Origin: Chiloscyllium plagiosum | Lineage: Eukaryota | Direction of reading: 5' to 3' | Assembly (NCBI RefSeq): GCF_004010195.1 | Contig: NC_057759.1 | Coordinates: forward strand, 1,159,212 to 1,223,211 | Length of the DNA: 64,000 nt | Shown: positions 53,839-64,000 of the stretch, piece by piece | Position numbering within the stretch: position 1 is the stretch's first letter | Layout of the letters: every line of letters begins with the position of its first letter | Position numbers and translations under genes: made by a program | Notes under the pieces: generated by a model | What the model saw: the letters and a program-made list of their open reading frames with translations, nothing else | What the model was told of the DNA's origin: nothing | The model's database searches: none

Positions 53839-54127
53839 CTGGCACTGTGTGGTCGGAATTACAGGTCACATTAAGTATTGTTCCTCTGGGACTCCTGTTG
53901 ATCACAAGAGACTGGTATCGGCCTTGATGCTGGGACTGGAAAAATTCAGTGGCCAGCTCTGTCCTGTCCTGAGCTAGAGTTGTAATTCCCACTGGCATTG
54001 TTTAAGGCTTTCTGTTGAAAGTAGGGTCCAGTACCTCCGCTCATTACACACTCTGGAACGAGACAACTCCCAATCAGAACCTCCGTTTTAGTGGCTCTGG
54101 GGGTGAGGAAAACCCCAGCAACAGGAA
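53839..54127 (-). pseudogene. Ig-domain exon copy B, inactivated
   Basis: Paralogue of 32886..33188; 12-bp deletion removes CFRW (core Trp), +1 frameshift at ctcaggacagg, second Cys changed to Ser (RYQS). Confidence 0.82.
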
Positions 54128-54337
54128 CTGGAACAAAATAAGACAAAGAGAAAATAAAAGATTGGATGTTGAAATTGTCTTTTTTTTCATGGATGTTATC
54201 ATCGATGACAAGATGATAATTGGTGGAAAGGAGACATAAAACATGCGAGATTTCACATCATTGCAAAGTCTCCCTGTGTTGTTAAATCTACACTTCGAAA
54301 GATTTGTGTAAACTATGGATGGCCAAATGGTACATCA

Positions 54338-54755
54338 GGGAGAAAGTGAGGGCTGCAGATGCTGGAGATCAGAGCTGAAAATGTGTTGCTGAAAATGTGT
54401 GCGTGGAGTCAGAGGAGATAGAAGTAGCGCTAAATAAATATTTTTCATCAGTATTCACACTGGAAAAAGACAACGTTGTCAAGGAGAATACTGAGAAACA
54501 GGCTACGAGACTAGTTGGGATTGATGTTTCCAAGAAGGTGTTAGATATTCTGGAAAGTGTGAAAATAGCTAAATCCCCTGAGCCAGGTGGGATTCATCCC
54601 AAAATTCTCTTGGAAGCCATGGAGGAGACTGCAGAGACCTTGGCTTTGATCTTTGTCATCATTGTCTACAGGAATGGTAGGGGTAAACTGGAACTAGCAA
54701 ATGGTGTTACCCTGTACAAGAAGGGGAGTAGAAACAACCCTGGTAATTATAGACA
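54338..54755 (+). mobile_element. PLE terminal fragment joined to a CR1 ORF2 fragment at the duplicon B boundary
   Basis: gagaaagtgagggctgcagatgctggagatcagagctg then CVESEEI..LNKYFSSVFT..KSPEPGGIHP..NPGNYR. Confidence 0.75.
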
Positions 54756-55924
54756 AGATATCTCTCGTTTTCCTCAAGGCAAATGTTTGATGAACTATGA
54801 AAATGTAATATTTTGTCTGTACGAAGCCAAGTGTGACAAGCAACAGGTATGCTACTGCTGTCAGTGGAGAACATCATTTCCGTAATTATACTGCCTTCGT
54901 TGCAATACAGAAAAGGAAGGAATCAGGATGTAGTTTGTCAAGGAGTACGTGGAATCGGATCGTTACTGTTTAAAACAGTGCAGAATGAAAGAAAAAGCCA
55001 AAATTGGTAGGTTTGTCAAGCTCCTCATTATTTTTTCCCTAACAAGAGTTGATAGTTCAATACATTGAATTTGATAATTTAAATATGCTGCACTAAATGG
55101 TGGAAATAGAAGTCTTTTTTGCTTTCCCCCTCCTTACCATAGAGCAACATAAGAGGCTTGCACCAGATCCTGTCCAAATTGGTTAATAAAATAGAATTGG
55201 CCAATTCTCTTTCCTGTACAGGGAACACTGTGATCAGTCAACTGCAATGCAGTTGATGTGTTCACTTAGTTGCAAATGGGTTCAGTTAATACTGATTATT
55301 AATTCATTGGTAAAATATATCACTATGCAAAAATTGATCGCATCCTGAAAACCAGACCTTGATATGCCCATTGTTCCTGGTTCGACTCTGCACTATAGGG
55401 GTTATCTAAAGTCCATTGACTTTCTCTCCTTGATTCTAAAGAAAAACACAGATTCTTTTCTGCTGCAATGAGTTCGATGTTCACCTGTCCATGGACCCTA
55501 TAGACACTAAAATTAAAGAACCTAGGCTGTGGATGTTATCCAACTTCAGGAACCGTCCCAGAGATTGTATATCTATTAAACACATTCACTTTTACTGACA
55601 GGAGCTGACTCCAGTGGCAATGGATAATACCTCATTCATGTCAAGTAGCAGAAGTTTGACAATGAAGTACACTGGCAGTTACTAAAAGTGACGTGTTTCA
55701 ATCTAGATGACACTGAACCACTGTAAAACACATTAACCGAGAATAAGGAGCACATTGATATCTAGTATCATAGAGTGAATGAATCCCATTCTCACTCTTA
55801 GCTTGTGCTGATAAAAACACACCTTATCCACACTCACATTCTGGTTGAGGGCCTGAGTAATGCAGAAGCATTTCCATGCATGAACAAAATATGGAATACT
55901 GATTTATGAAATGTTAAACCCATT

Positions 55925-56660
55925 AGCAAGGTTTGAGAAGATTTGTAGCTCAGGTTGAGGTTCTGGGTGTAAGTTTGCTCGCTGGAAGGTACATTTCCAG
56001 GTGTTTCATCAGCCTACTAGGTAACATCTTCAGTGGGCCTCCAGGAGAAGCACTGCTCCTGATTCCTGCTTTCTATTTATATGTTTGGGTTTCTTTGGGC
56101 TGGTGTTGTCATTTCCTGTGGTGATGTCATTTCCTGTTCTTTTTCTCAGGGGGTGGTAGGTGGGGTCTAACTCAATGTGTTTGTTGATAGAGTTTCGATT
56201 GGAATGCCATGCTTCTAGGTGTTTTCTTGTGTGTCTCTTTTTGGCTTGTCCTTGGATGGATGTGTTGTCCCTGTCGAAGTGGTGTCCTTCCTTATCTGTA
56301 TGTACAGATACTCATGACAGAGGGTAATGTCGTTTTGTGGCTATTTGCCGTTCATGTATCCTAGTTTTTTGCCTGTTTGCCCAATGTAGTGCCGATTACA
56401 GTCCTTGCATGGTATTTTGTAAATGACATTAGTTTTGCTTGTTGTCTGTATAGGGTCTTTCAAATTCATTAGCTGCTGTTTTAGTATGTTGGTGAGTTTG
56501 TGGGCAGGGGTCTGAGTAATCTGGCAGTTATTTCTGAGATGTCTTTGATGTAGGGGAGAGTGGCTAGGGTTTTTGGATGTGTTTTGTCTTCTTGTTTGGG
56601 TTTGTTGCTGAGAAATCGGCAGTGCTTCACCTGGAGGCCCACTGAAAATGTCCAGCAGCA
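55925..56660 (-). mobile_element. Penelope-like element 3' end with GIY-YIG endonuclease remnant and inverted 5' piece
   Basis: KDPIQTTSKTNVIYKIPCKDCNRHYIGQTGKKL (56341..56661); cagtgcttc.cctggaggcccactgaa present in both orientations (~56030-56055 and 56620-56648); degenerate hammerhead core at ~55998..56035. Confidence 0.88.
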
Positions 56661-57059
56661 ACTGAAAAGAGTTGATAAAGTTCAGAATCCCAATAGTTAA
56701 TGGAAACTAGTATGGAGAACAGGTGAAGAACTGAATGTCCCAGTCTGGACACAATGGGCTGAATGGCTGTACCAATTCTGTGACTCTGTCATAAGTCATA
56801 AAATGCAGAAGAGATTAAGTCCCAATTACAACCCCCTAAAAGCTACTATCACAGAATGAATCACAGTCACATGTTCATAAAAGAATAACTGTCAGGCAAA
56901 CAGTGATGAATACACTCACATTCACATTACAGAGCCTGACAGGGAAGGATTCTTAACTAAACGTTCACAAAGCAAAACTGACAGTGACTGTTAAAAACTA
57001 AATTCTCACATTGACATAGCAGAAACTGACAGGCTTGTATTGACAATTACCCAAGCACA

Positions 57060-57600
57060 TTCACCATGCACGTTTCCTCAGGAGGCTAAGTAAATCCAGC
57101 ATGTCCATAAAGACACTTGCATTTTTATGGATGCACCATAGTTAGCATCCTATTTGGATGTGTCACAGCGTGATAGGGCTACTGTTCTGCCCTAGAACGC
57201 AAGAAACTACAGAAAGTTGTGAATACAGCCCAGTCTATCACTGAAACCAGCCTTCCATCCAAAGGCTCCATTTACACCTTCCCCATCTCAGGAAAGCAAC
57301 CAACAACATCAAAGACCCATCCTACCCTGGTAATACTCTCCTCCACCTGGTCTGTCAGGTAGAAAATATAGATTTTTGAACACACTTTCCAACAGATTCA
57401 AGAAAAGGTTTTCTGCTGTTATCAGAATTTTTAATGAACCTCCCAAATTTTAATGTTAATCTCGCTCTCTCTGCAACGGCTCTGCAGCTTTTACACTGTA
57501 TTCCAAATTCTGTTCTGTTACCCTGATGGACTCTGTAGGATATGATCTGTCTGTAAAGCACACAAAACAATACTTTTCATTGGATCTCGGTACATGTAAT
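57060..57600 (+). mobile_element. Rex1/Babar-like LINE 3' fragment
   Basis: Translates to TIVSILFGCVTA*.GYCSALERKKLQKVVNTAQSIT..SLPS...NIKDPSYPG...SGRKY...NRFKKRF. Confidence 0.65.
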
Positions 57601-57618
57601 AACATGTAATAACATGGT

Positions 57619-57894
57619 GGGCGGCACGGTGGCACAGTGGTTAGCACTGCTGCTTCACAGCGCCAGAGACCTGGGTTCAATTCTCGACTCAGGCTCTGAC
57701 TGTGTGGAGTTTGCACGTTCTCCCCGTGTCTGCGTAGGTTTCCTCCGGGTGCTCCGGTTTCCTCCCACAGTCCAGCTAAATTGTCCATAGTGTTAGGTAA
57801 GGGGTAAATGTAGGGGTATGGGTGGGTTGCGCTTCGGCGGGTCGGTGTGGACTTGTTGGGCCGAAGGGCTTGTTTCCACACTGTAAGTAATCTA
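57619..57894 (+). mobile_element. HE1-type V-SINE (internal deletion)
   Basis: gggcggcacggtggcacagtggttagc head, V-domain, tail. Confidence 0.9.
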
Positions 57895-58744
57895 AATACT
57901 TCATGTTTGAGAAGAAGACCTTGCATCTATTGTTTTTGGAGAAATTTTAAGAACAAAAATTACAGACTGTTTAGATGAAGCTTATTATTGCAGCCATTCA
58001 CTTGGTAAATTACATATATGGCGGGATGACAGAACCTCATTGCCAAGGTGTCGCCACGACTTTGATGAAAAAAGATGGAAGCATTTCTTTGCAGGAAAAA
58101 GTGGACTGCCACAGTGAGTGTTTGCATGCTTCCAGTCAATGAAATGTAAATGTATTGTTTACTAATAGTGTAAAATATTTTTTTTTAAATTAGGCCATCT
58201 CTGTATATTGATGGATTCTTTTTAAGAGGGATGGAAGGTTTGATGATATTGTGGCTTTAAGATGTTTATTATGTCCTTTCTTTCTTGTTGAAGAGAGGTT
58301 TTATGGCAGAAGTGTCGAGAAGGCTACCAGAGCAGCGAGAGTAAACAGTTTAAGGCTTTTTTATAGTTGGAACAATAGAGGCAGCCTGAGTTAGTGTGGT
58401 CAAGCTGTCACAGAACAACATTTTTAGTTTTGGCTTTCAGCAAAACTGTTGGCATCCTGAAGACGGGAAAGCTAGTTGTCCCCTCTCGGTTACAGTCAGA
58501 AGCTGCAGATTCTCCTTCTGCTACTGGAGTTGGATGCTTGACTATCTATTTTATTGAATTTGTCTTTTGCCAAGAATGTTTGTGGGATATTACTGCATTG
58601 GAACAGGTAATTCGGAAGAGTTAGTGTATCCATTATTCTTTTAAGTAATCCAACAAAGTTAAGATTTTCCAATTCCTTCTTTATTGTGTTGTATGTTAAC
58701 TACTGTGGACAGGACAATGTACACCTTTTTAAAGCCACACAATC

Positions 58745-59760
58745 ATTCTAACTGATAACTGCCCTCATATTCACATAATAGAAACAGATTGGTACAGATC
58801 AATGACTACATTGCCATATCCACGCCAGAGAAACAGTCAGGAACAGATTAAGCCAAATTCAGGAATTTACAAAGCAGAAGCGGACTGACACAGATGGATA
58901 ACCAAACTCTTATATTCACAAACCAGAAAACATCAGGTGAAGGTTAATGACCATATTTACAACACAGAAACTGACAAGTTGAAACTGATAAAAGCATTCA
59001 CACAGACACATAGCAGAAACTGATAGGGGAGACTGATAATTACACAGACATATTCATTGAGCAGAAACTGACAGGTGCAGATTGATTATGCTAGTCAAAC
59101 ATTAACATAGCAGAAACAAACAGCAAAACTCTCATTTGCATGGCAGAAACTGTCAGGGACCAATTAGTAAATTCACAGAGCAAGTCACATTCACAGAGCA
59201 AACGCTGACAGGGACAGATTGATAACTACAATTACACATTCTTACAGCAGAGACCTTGAGGATAGACTGATAATTACACAAACAAAATGACTGTGGAAGG
59301 ACAGAGGTACAGATTGATGACTAGGCTGCAATATTCGCACATCACAACCTCTGAGGAATAGTTTAAATAAACTGATATACTCACAAAGCAGAAGCTGACA
59401 GGAACAGGTTGATAACTACATTGACATATTCCCAACACAGAAACTGACATGGTAGTACTGATAAAAGCACTCCTACATTTTCATAGCAGAGACTGATATG
59501 GGTAGACTGATAATTACAGACAAATTAAATGAGCATAGAGTCATAGAGATGTACAGCAAACATTCTCATAGGAAAGACTGATAGGCACTGCAGTGGTAAT
59601 GACTTACACATTCTCACAACAGCGACCTTTTGGGATTGAGCGATAATTGTACGAATGTAATCACTGACAGTTACAGGCTGTTTACTACAGTCACACGTTG
59701 AGATAGCAGAAACTGACAACGACAGATTGTGAGAGAGTAATAATCATTCACCTCCTGAAA
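58745..59760. repeat. Old degenerate tandem array, ~50-bp unit (also ~56860-57060)
   Basis: Recurring attcacatagcagaaactgacagggacagactgataattacac. Confidence 0.75.
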
Positions 59761-60724
59761 GCTCACATGGGCAGATCAAAAACCGCATTCCCGTTTTACA
59801 CAGCCACTAACGAGAGGTAAACTAACTCTTAACCAACCTGAAATTCTGAACAAAATATCATTCACAGTGTAATCAGAGAATAATAGTGATAAAACAAATA
59901 AGATGAGATTGTAACAATTAAAATTCGCACAAGTACCATGTTCAAAATAATCCTTAAATAGCAGTGACCAGTTCAGAATGAGAACAAATGACTTGTGACC
60001 AAATAAAATTCAGAGAAAATCCACATAGCAAAGTTTATAATGAAAAAAAATCCTGCTAGAAACTGAAATGCACTGAATAATATCTATTCTAATGTAGTGC
60101 AAAGTAAGATTTCAGAAACTGAAATTTTGGCTGGAGACTGCTGACACTGATTGAGGAGCAGAACAGACAGAGAGTAAAATTCATGTTGCCAGCAGAAAGC
60201 AAAAGGCACAGGTCACAGTACGTCAGTTCCCTTTAGTCGTTGAGGTAATCAAATTAGAACTGGCAATGATACACACGCTGGCAGCTATTCTGAGTAATGT
60301 ATGAATACTTTGGATGATACCCATTGGAGATTTGAAGAAGAATTGGCGAATAGATAAGTGAAGGGAGTTTACAGAGTAGATGATGGTAGGATATCCTTGA
60401 TTTTCAGAGAGTGTGGAGCAAGAAACACAAGCAAAAGAGAACATTCCTTAACTCCCATTTTCCTCCAACACAATGCAATTGTCAAGTAGTTCCATAATTT
60501 CCAGGAGTAAAACACGCACCCTGTCAGATTGCAGGCATTTTCTCACTTGACAACAAATGTGATGCAATTTAAAATGGAAGAGAAAAGAAAACCATTATCT
60601 AAAGATGCAGAATGCCTCACAATTCGAATCTCACATTTTAGAGTGAGCTCGAATTTGATCCCTTCACAAAATTTTGGTTTGAGTTTCCGATAATATTGTG
60701 GATCTGTCAGGATGAGTCCCAAAT

Positions 60725-60830
60725 TAACCAATCAGAGTGAATTTACCATGCCTATACAATAGCCAATCAGTAACCAGGCTTTCCCCCATCCCTCATTAGC
60801 ATTGATGACGCCGTCAGTCTATAAAGAGCG
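60725..60830 (+). promoter_or_regulatory. H2B promoter: two CCAAT boxes, octamer variant, CRE-like half-sites, TATA
   Basis: CCAATCAG at ~60728 and ~60763; ATTAGCAT 60795..60802 (cf. H2B box ATTTGCAT); TGACGccgTCA; CTATAAA ~60819..60825. Confidence 0.85.
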
Positions 60831-60880
60831 AGCTCCGGGCCCGTTTTCCCTTATTCTTGTATCTAACAGTGAACGGCGCT

Positions 60881-61258
60881 ATGGCTGAGGAAAAGAAGGG
60901 TCAAGTTGCCAAGAAGGGCGCGAAGAAAGTGGTGAAGAGGGCGCCAGCAAAGGGCGGCAAGAAGAGGAGGCGGTCCAGGAAAGAAAGTTACGCCATCTAC
61001 ATCTACAAAGTGATGAAGCAGGTTCACCCCGACACCGGCATCTCCTCCAAGGCCATGAGCATCATGAACTCGTTCGTCGGCGATATTTTTGAGCGCATCG
61101 CGGGGGAGGCTTCCCGCCTGGCCCATTACAACAAGCGCAGCACCATCAGCTCCCGGGAGATCCAGACCGCCGTGCGGCTGCTGCTGCCCGGGGAGCTGGC
61201 CAAGCACGCCGTGTCGGAGGGTACAAAGGCGGTGACCAAGTACACCAGCTCCAAGTGA
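60881..61258 (+). CDS. H2B: Replication-dependent histone H2B, 125 aa, copy 2
   Basis: [26 protein letters not shown]...[16 protein letters not shown]...KYTSSK; intact promoter and stem-loop. Confidence 0.97.
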   Translation: MAEEKKGQVAKKGAKKVVKRAPAKGGKKRRRSRKESYAIYIYKVMKQVHPDTGISSKAMSIMNSFVGDIFERIAGEASRLAHYNKRSTISSREIQTAVRLLLPGELAKHAVSEGTKAVTKYTSSK

Positions 61259-61291
61259 AGGACCGCATTGCTCTGAAACAAACACATCCAC

Positions 61292-61341
61292 AACCCAAAG
61301 GCTCTTTTAAGAGCCACCCACAACTTCCCTGAGACAGCTGA
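61292..61341 (+). terminator. Histone stem-loop and HDE
   Basis: GGCTCTTTTAAGAGCC 61300..61315, ACCCA, then GAGACAGCTG. Confidence 0.93.
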
Positions 61342-61415
61342 ATCATTGTTTTTTAAATTAATATAACTACGAGATTTGTGTTTTATGAACTTTCTGTCAA
61401 GTATTGAGCGATCGA

Positions 61416-61592
61416 TGACCCGTTCCGCGCCTTATTCTCGGATACGTTGATGTATATCTTATAGCCCCTGCCTGGAGAGAGAGATCATGTTAAACGTCAC
61501 TCTGTCATTTTTCAGCTGATTGTATGTATCCTTGTTACTCTGTTATTCGATCAGTTCTGGAGCTACAAACCCCGGTGGGGCATGAACCCTGA
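61416..61592 (+). other. Histone-downstream shared element, copy after H2B copy 2
   Basis: ttattctcggat...GTCATTTTTCAGCTG (61504..61518)...ggagcta..ccc.gtggggcatgaaccctga. Confidence 0.7.
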
Positions 61593-62283
61593 GTTTCATC
61601 CCCATCAAACCAAGTGTCCCCAGCGCCCACCGGCAAGCAAAAAAAAAGTTTCCCTCTGAGTCCGATTTTACTTTATTTATTTTTAATTTCCAAATCTCCG
61701 CACGGTTATTTTCCGGATGCAGAGCTTGGAAAATGCACCGAAATAAAACTAGAACAGCTGCAGAAGTGGCAGAGGGAATGTGGAGCTTTTAGCGATCTAT
61801 GATCCTGTCCAGCAAGGAGGGCAACTTGACAATATTCTCGAACGATCGTGTTCACTATTAATGCGCTTACTCGGGAGGACGTAATCTCATGTTGTACCAG
61901 TATATCGGGGTGCTGTTGAAATGTGAAGTAAATGATTAGTTGCAGAGTGCAGGGTTTGGCGCCTTTTGTTTTGGGGTCCGCTTATGTTTCACGTTTGGAA
62001 AATCCCAATTCAAGATCAGAAATGGGCAGGTTCTAGTAGGCTAGGGAATGAGGTCGAGAGTTAATATAAAGGGCCCACTTTTCATGTAGAAGTAAATTAT
62101 CTCGAGTATTCGTGCATTCTTCTGTGTTTAAACTGCCTACTTTTCGGTACATATTGGCGGGCTTTTCAAATTGTAAAAAAAGCGGTTGATGATTTGGCGC
62201 CGGTACTTTCCGCCTTCCTCCCCGTGCCCTCTCCGGATTGGGGAATGAGGCAGATATCTGATTGGGAATTGAAACAACATTAG

Positions 62284-62520
<237 letters not shown>

Positions 62521-62542
62521 AGAGACCATCCTTAAATCTGAC

Positions 62543-62592
62543 AACCCAAAGGCTCTTTTAAGAGCCACTCACAGCATTTGTGAAAGGAGCTA
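62543..62592 (+). terminator. Histone stem-loop and HDE of the H2A pseudogene
   Basis: aacccaaaGGCTCTTTTAAGAGCCactc...GAAAGGAGCT. Confidence 0.9.
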
Positions 62593-62839
62593 AACACACA
62601 TCTGTCGGATTGAATTACCTTCATTTAATTGGTATTGGTGTCAGTCCCTCCCTTATTCGATACTACTGTCACTGTGTATGATCTAAAATGAAACCTTTCC
62701 TCATGGCCGTTCACCGTTTAGCAACAGGAGCGTGAAAAGTTTATCATGGACTATTGATACAACGTTATCTTAACAGTGCTCGGAGTACATTATTTTATTG
62801 CTTGTAGATGTCTGTGGTCTCGTCTCTTTAATTATCGTC

Positions 62840-62999
62840 TTATTCTCGCATGAGTTCCAGTGTAGGGTCCTTTCCCTGGCCGTAGACAGGGATGATAATG
62901 GAGGCAACAGTCACTTTTCAGCTTTTTCGAGTTGGTCAAGTTGCTGTTTAATACGGGACCATTTCGGGAGCTACCCGCCCCCGTGGGGTATGACCCTGA
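62840..62999 (+). other. Histone-downstream shared element, copy after H2A pseudogene
   Basis: ttattctcgcatg...agtcacttttcagct...gggagctacccgccccgtggggtatgaccctga. Confidence 0.68.
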
Positions 63000-63035
63000 T
63001 TTTGATTTCTGGCAAACAAAAGAAGTGAGTCAACA

Positions 63036-63215
63036 TTAGAGTGGTGCTGGAAAAGCACAGCATGTCAGGCAGCATCCGAGGAGCAGGAAAATCGAGATTT
63101 TGGGCAAAAGCCCTTCATCAGGAAAGGTTTTTGCCCGAAACATCGATTTTCCTGCTTCTCGGATGCTGCCTGAACTGCTGTACTTTTCAAGCATCACTCT
63201 GATCTCCAGCATCTG
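63036..63215. mobile_element. Fold-back PLE terminal element centred on degenerate hammerhead cores
   Basis: Left arm ...gggcaaaagcccttcatcaggaa, right arm ggtttttgcccgaaacatcgattttcctgc...; arms are reverse complements. Confidence 0.75.
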
Positions 63216-63611
63216 TAATACCCACCTCTGCCAAACAGAAGTGCCCTATCTTTGAATTCCACAGATAGATTCATTTTACAGTTAAATTTCCATACACCAA
63301 GGGTGTTGTTTGACTGCACAGTGTGCTGAATTAGACTTTCTGCTGTCGTTTAGAAGCTTTCAAAATGAACTGAGATCAAACCAGGACAATTGCCTCACTA
63401 CAAGGGTCAGTCAAATAGCACAGAAACAGATCCTTCTGTCCAACCAGTCCATACCCAATATAATCTCAAACTAGATGAGTCCCACTTGCCTGTTCTTGGC
63501 CCATAACCCTCCAAAATCACAACAATGATATACTTATCCAAATGTCTTATCAACATTGTGACTGTGTCCATATGCATCACCCTCTTTCGAAGTTAATTCC
63601 ACACAATCTAT

Positions 63612-63764
63612 GATTTGGAGATGCCAGTGTTGGACTGGGGTGTACAAAGTTAAAAATCACACAACACCAGGTTATAGTCCAACAGGTTTAATTGGAAGCA
63701 CACTAGCTTAGTGTGCTTCCAATTAAACCTGTTGGATTATAATTTGGTGTTGTGATTTTTAACT
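63612..63764. mobile_element. Fold-back PLE terminal element, 15-bp TSD, private to histone unit copy 2
   Basis: ~65-bp inverted arms around gcacactagcttagtgtgc; ttccacacaatctat at 63597..63611 and 63765..63779; absent at the paralogous site ~8130-8146. Confidence 0.8.
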
Positions 63765-64000
63765 TTCCACACAATCTATACTGTTTAAAAAAAAATCTTA
63801 CTTTTAAAATATTTTTCCTTTTACCTTAACAATGTGTCTCATAGTCTTACAGTCTCTTACCATAGAAAAAGATACCTACCATTCCCTTTACCTTTAGCCC
63901 CCATGATTGTCAAAACTCTATCACTCATCAAGATTTTAGGCTCTAGAGAACAGAAGTCCCAGCCTATTCTTACAATGGAATCTTCCATTCCCATCAATAT

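Larger units (their letters stand above)
42353..54326 (+). repeat. Segmental duplication copy B
   Basis: Collinear with 11742..33388; lacks A-specific LINEs and has its own insertions and retained segments. Confidence 0.92.

Noticed and set aside
54760-55700. Splice-like signals and short open frames on + (also ~57910-58115)
   Set aside because: No recognisable protein family and multiple stops; cannot be supported without a homology search
58200-58720. LTR-like sequence interrupting the 50-bp array
   Set aside because: Could not define TG...CA termini or a TSD

Overview
Eukaryotic, repeat-rich DNA, very probably from a cartilaginous fish. This is inferred from HE1/V-SINE copies with (TAATC)n tails, abundant CR1/HER1-type LINEs and Penelope-like elements. 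Real genes are replication-dependent histones: H2B then H2A head-to-tail on the minus strand (9.3-11.2 kb) and an inverted paralogous unit (60.8-64 kb) with an intact H2B and a 5'-deleted H2A pseudogene. Between them is a direct segmental duplication (about 11.7-33.4 kb vs 42.4-54.3 kb) carrying exons of a decaying Fc-receptor-like Ig-superfamily gene on the minus strand. Notable observations: (1) a 37-bp promoter segment between two inverted CCAAT boxes is flipped between the two H2A paralogues; (2) an unannotated ~170-190-bp element lies downstream of all four histone loci; (3) Penelope-derived hairpins carry minimal hammerhead ribozyme cores, one apparently intact, and one hairpin folds back at the predicted cleavage site; (4) Ig and transmembrane exons are inactivated in complementary fashion in the two duplicons; (5) a solo LTR with a 5-bp TSD sits inside a minisatellite. 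Three N-gaps limit interpretation. All comparisons were made by eye, with no database searches.
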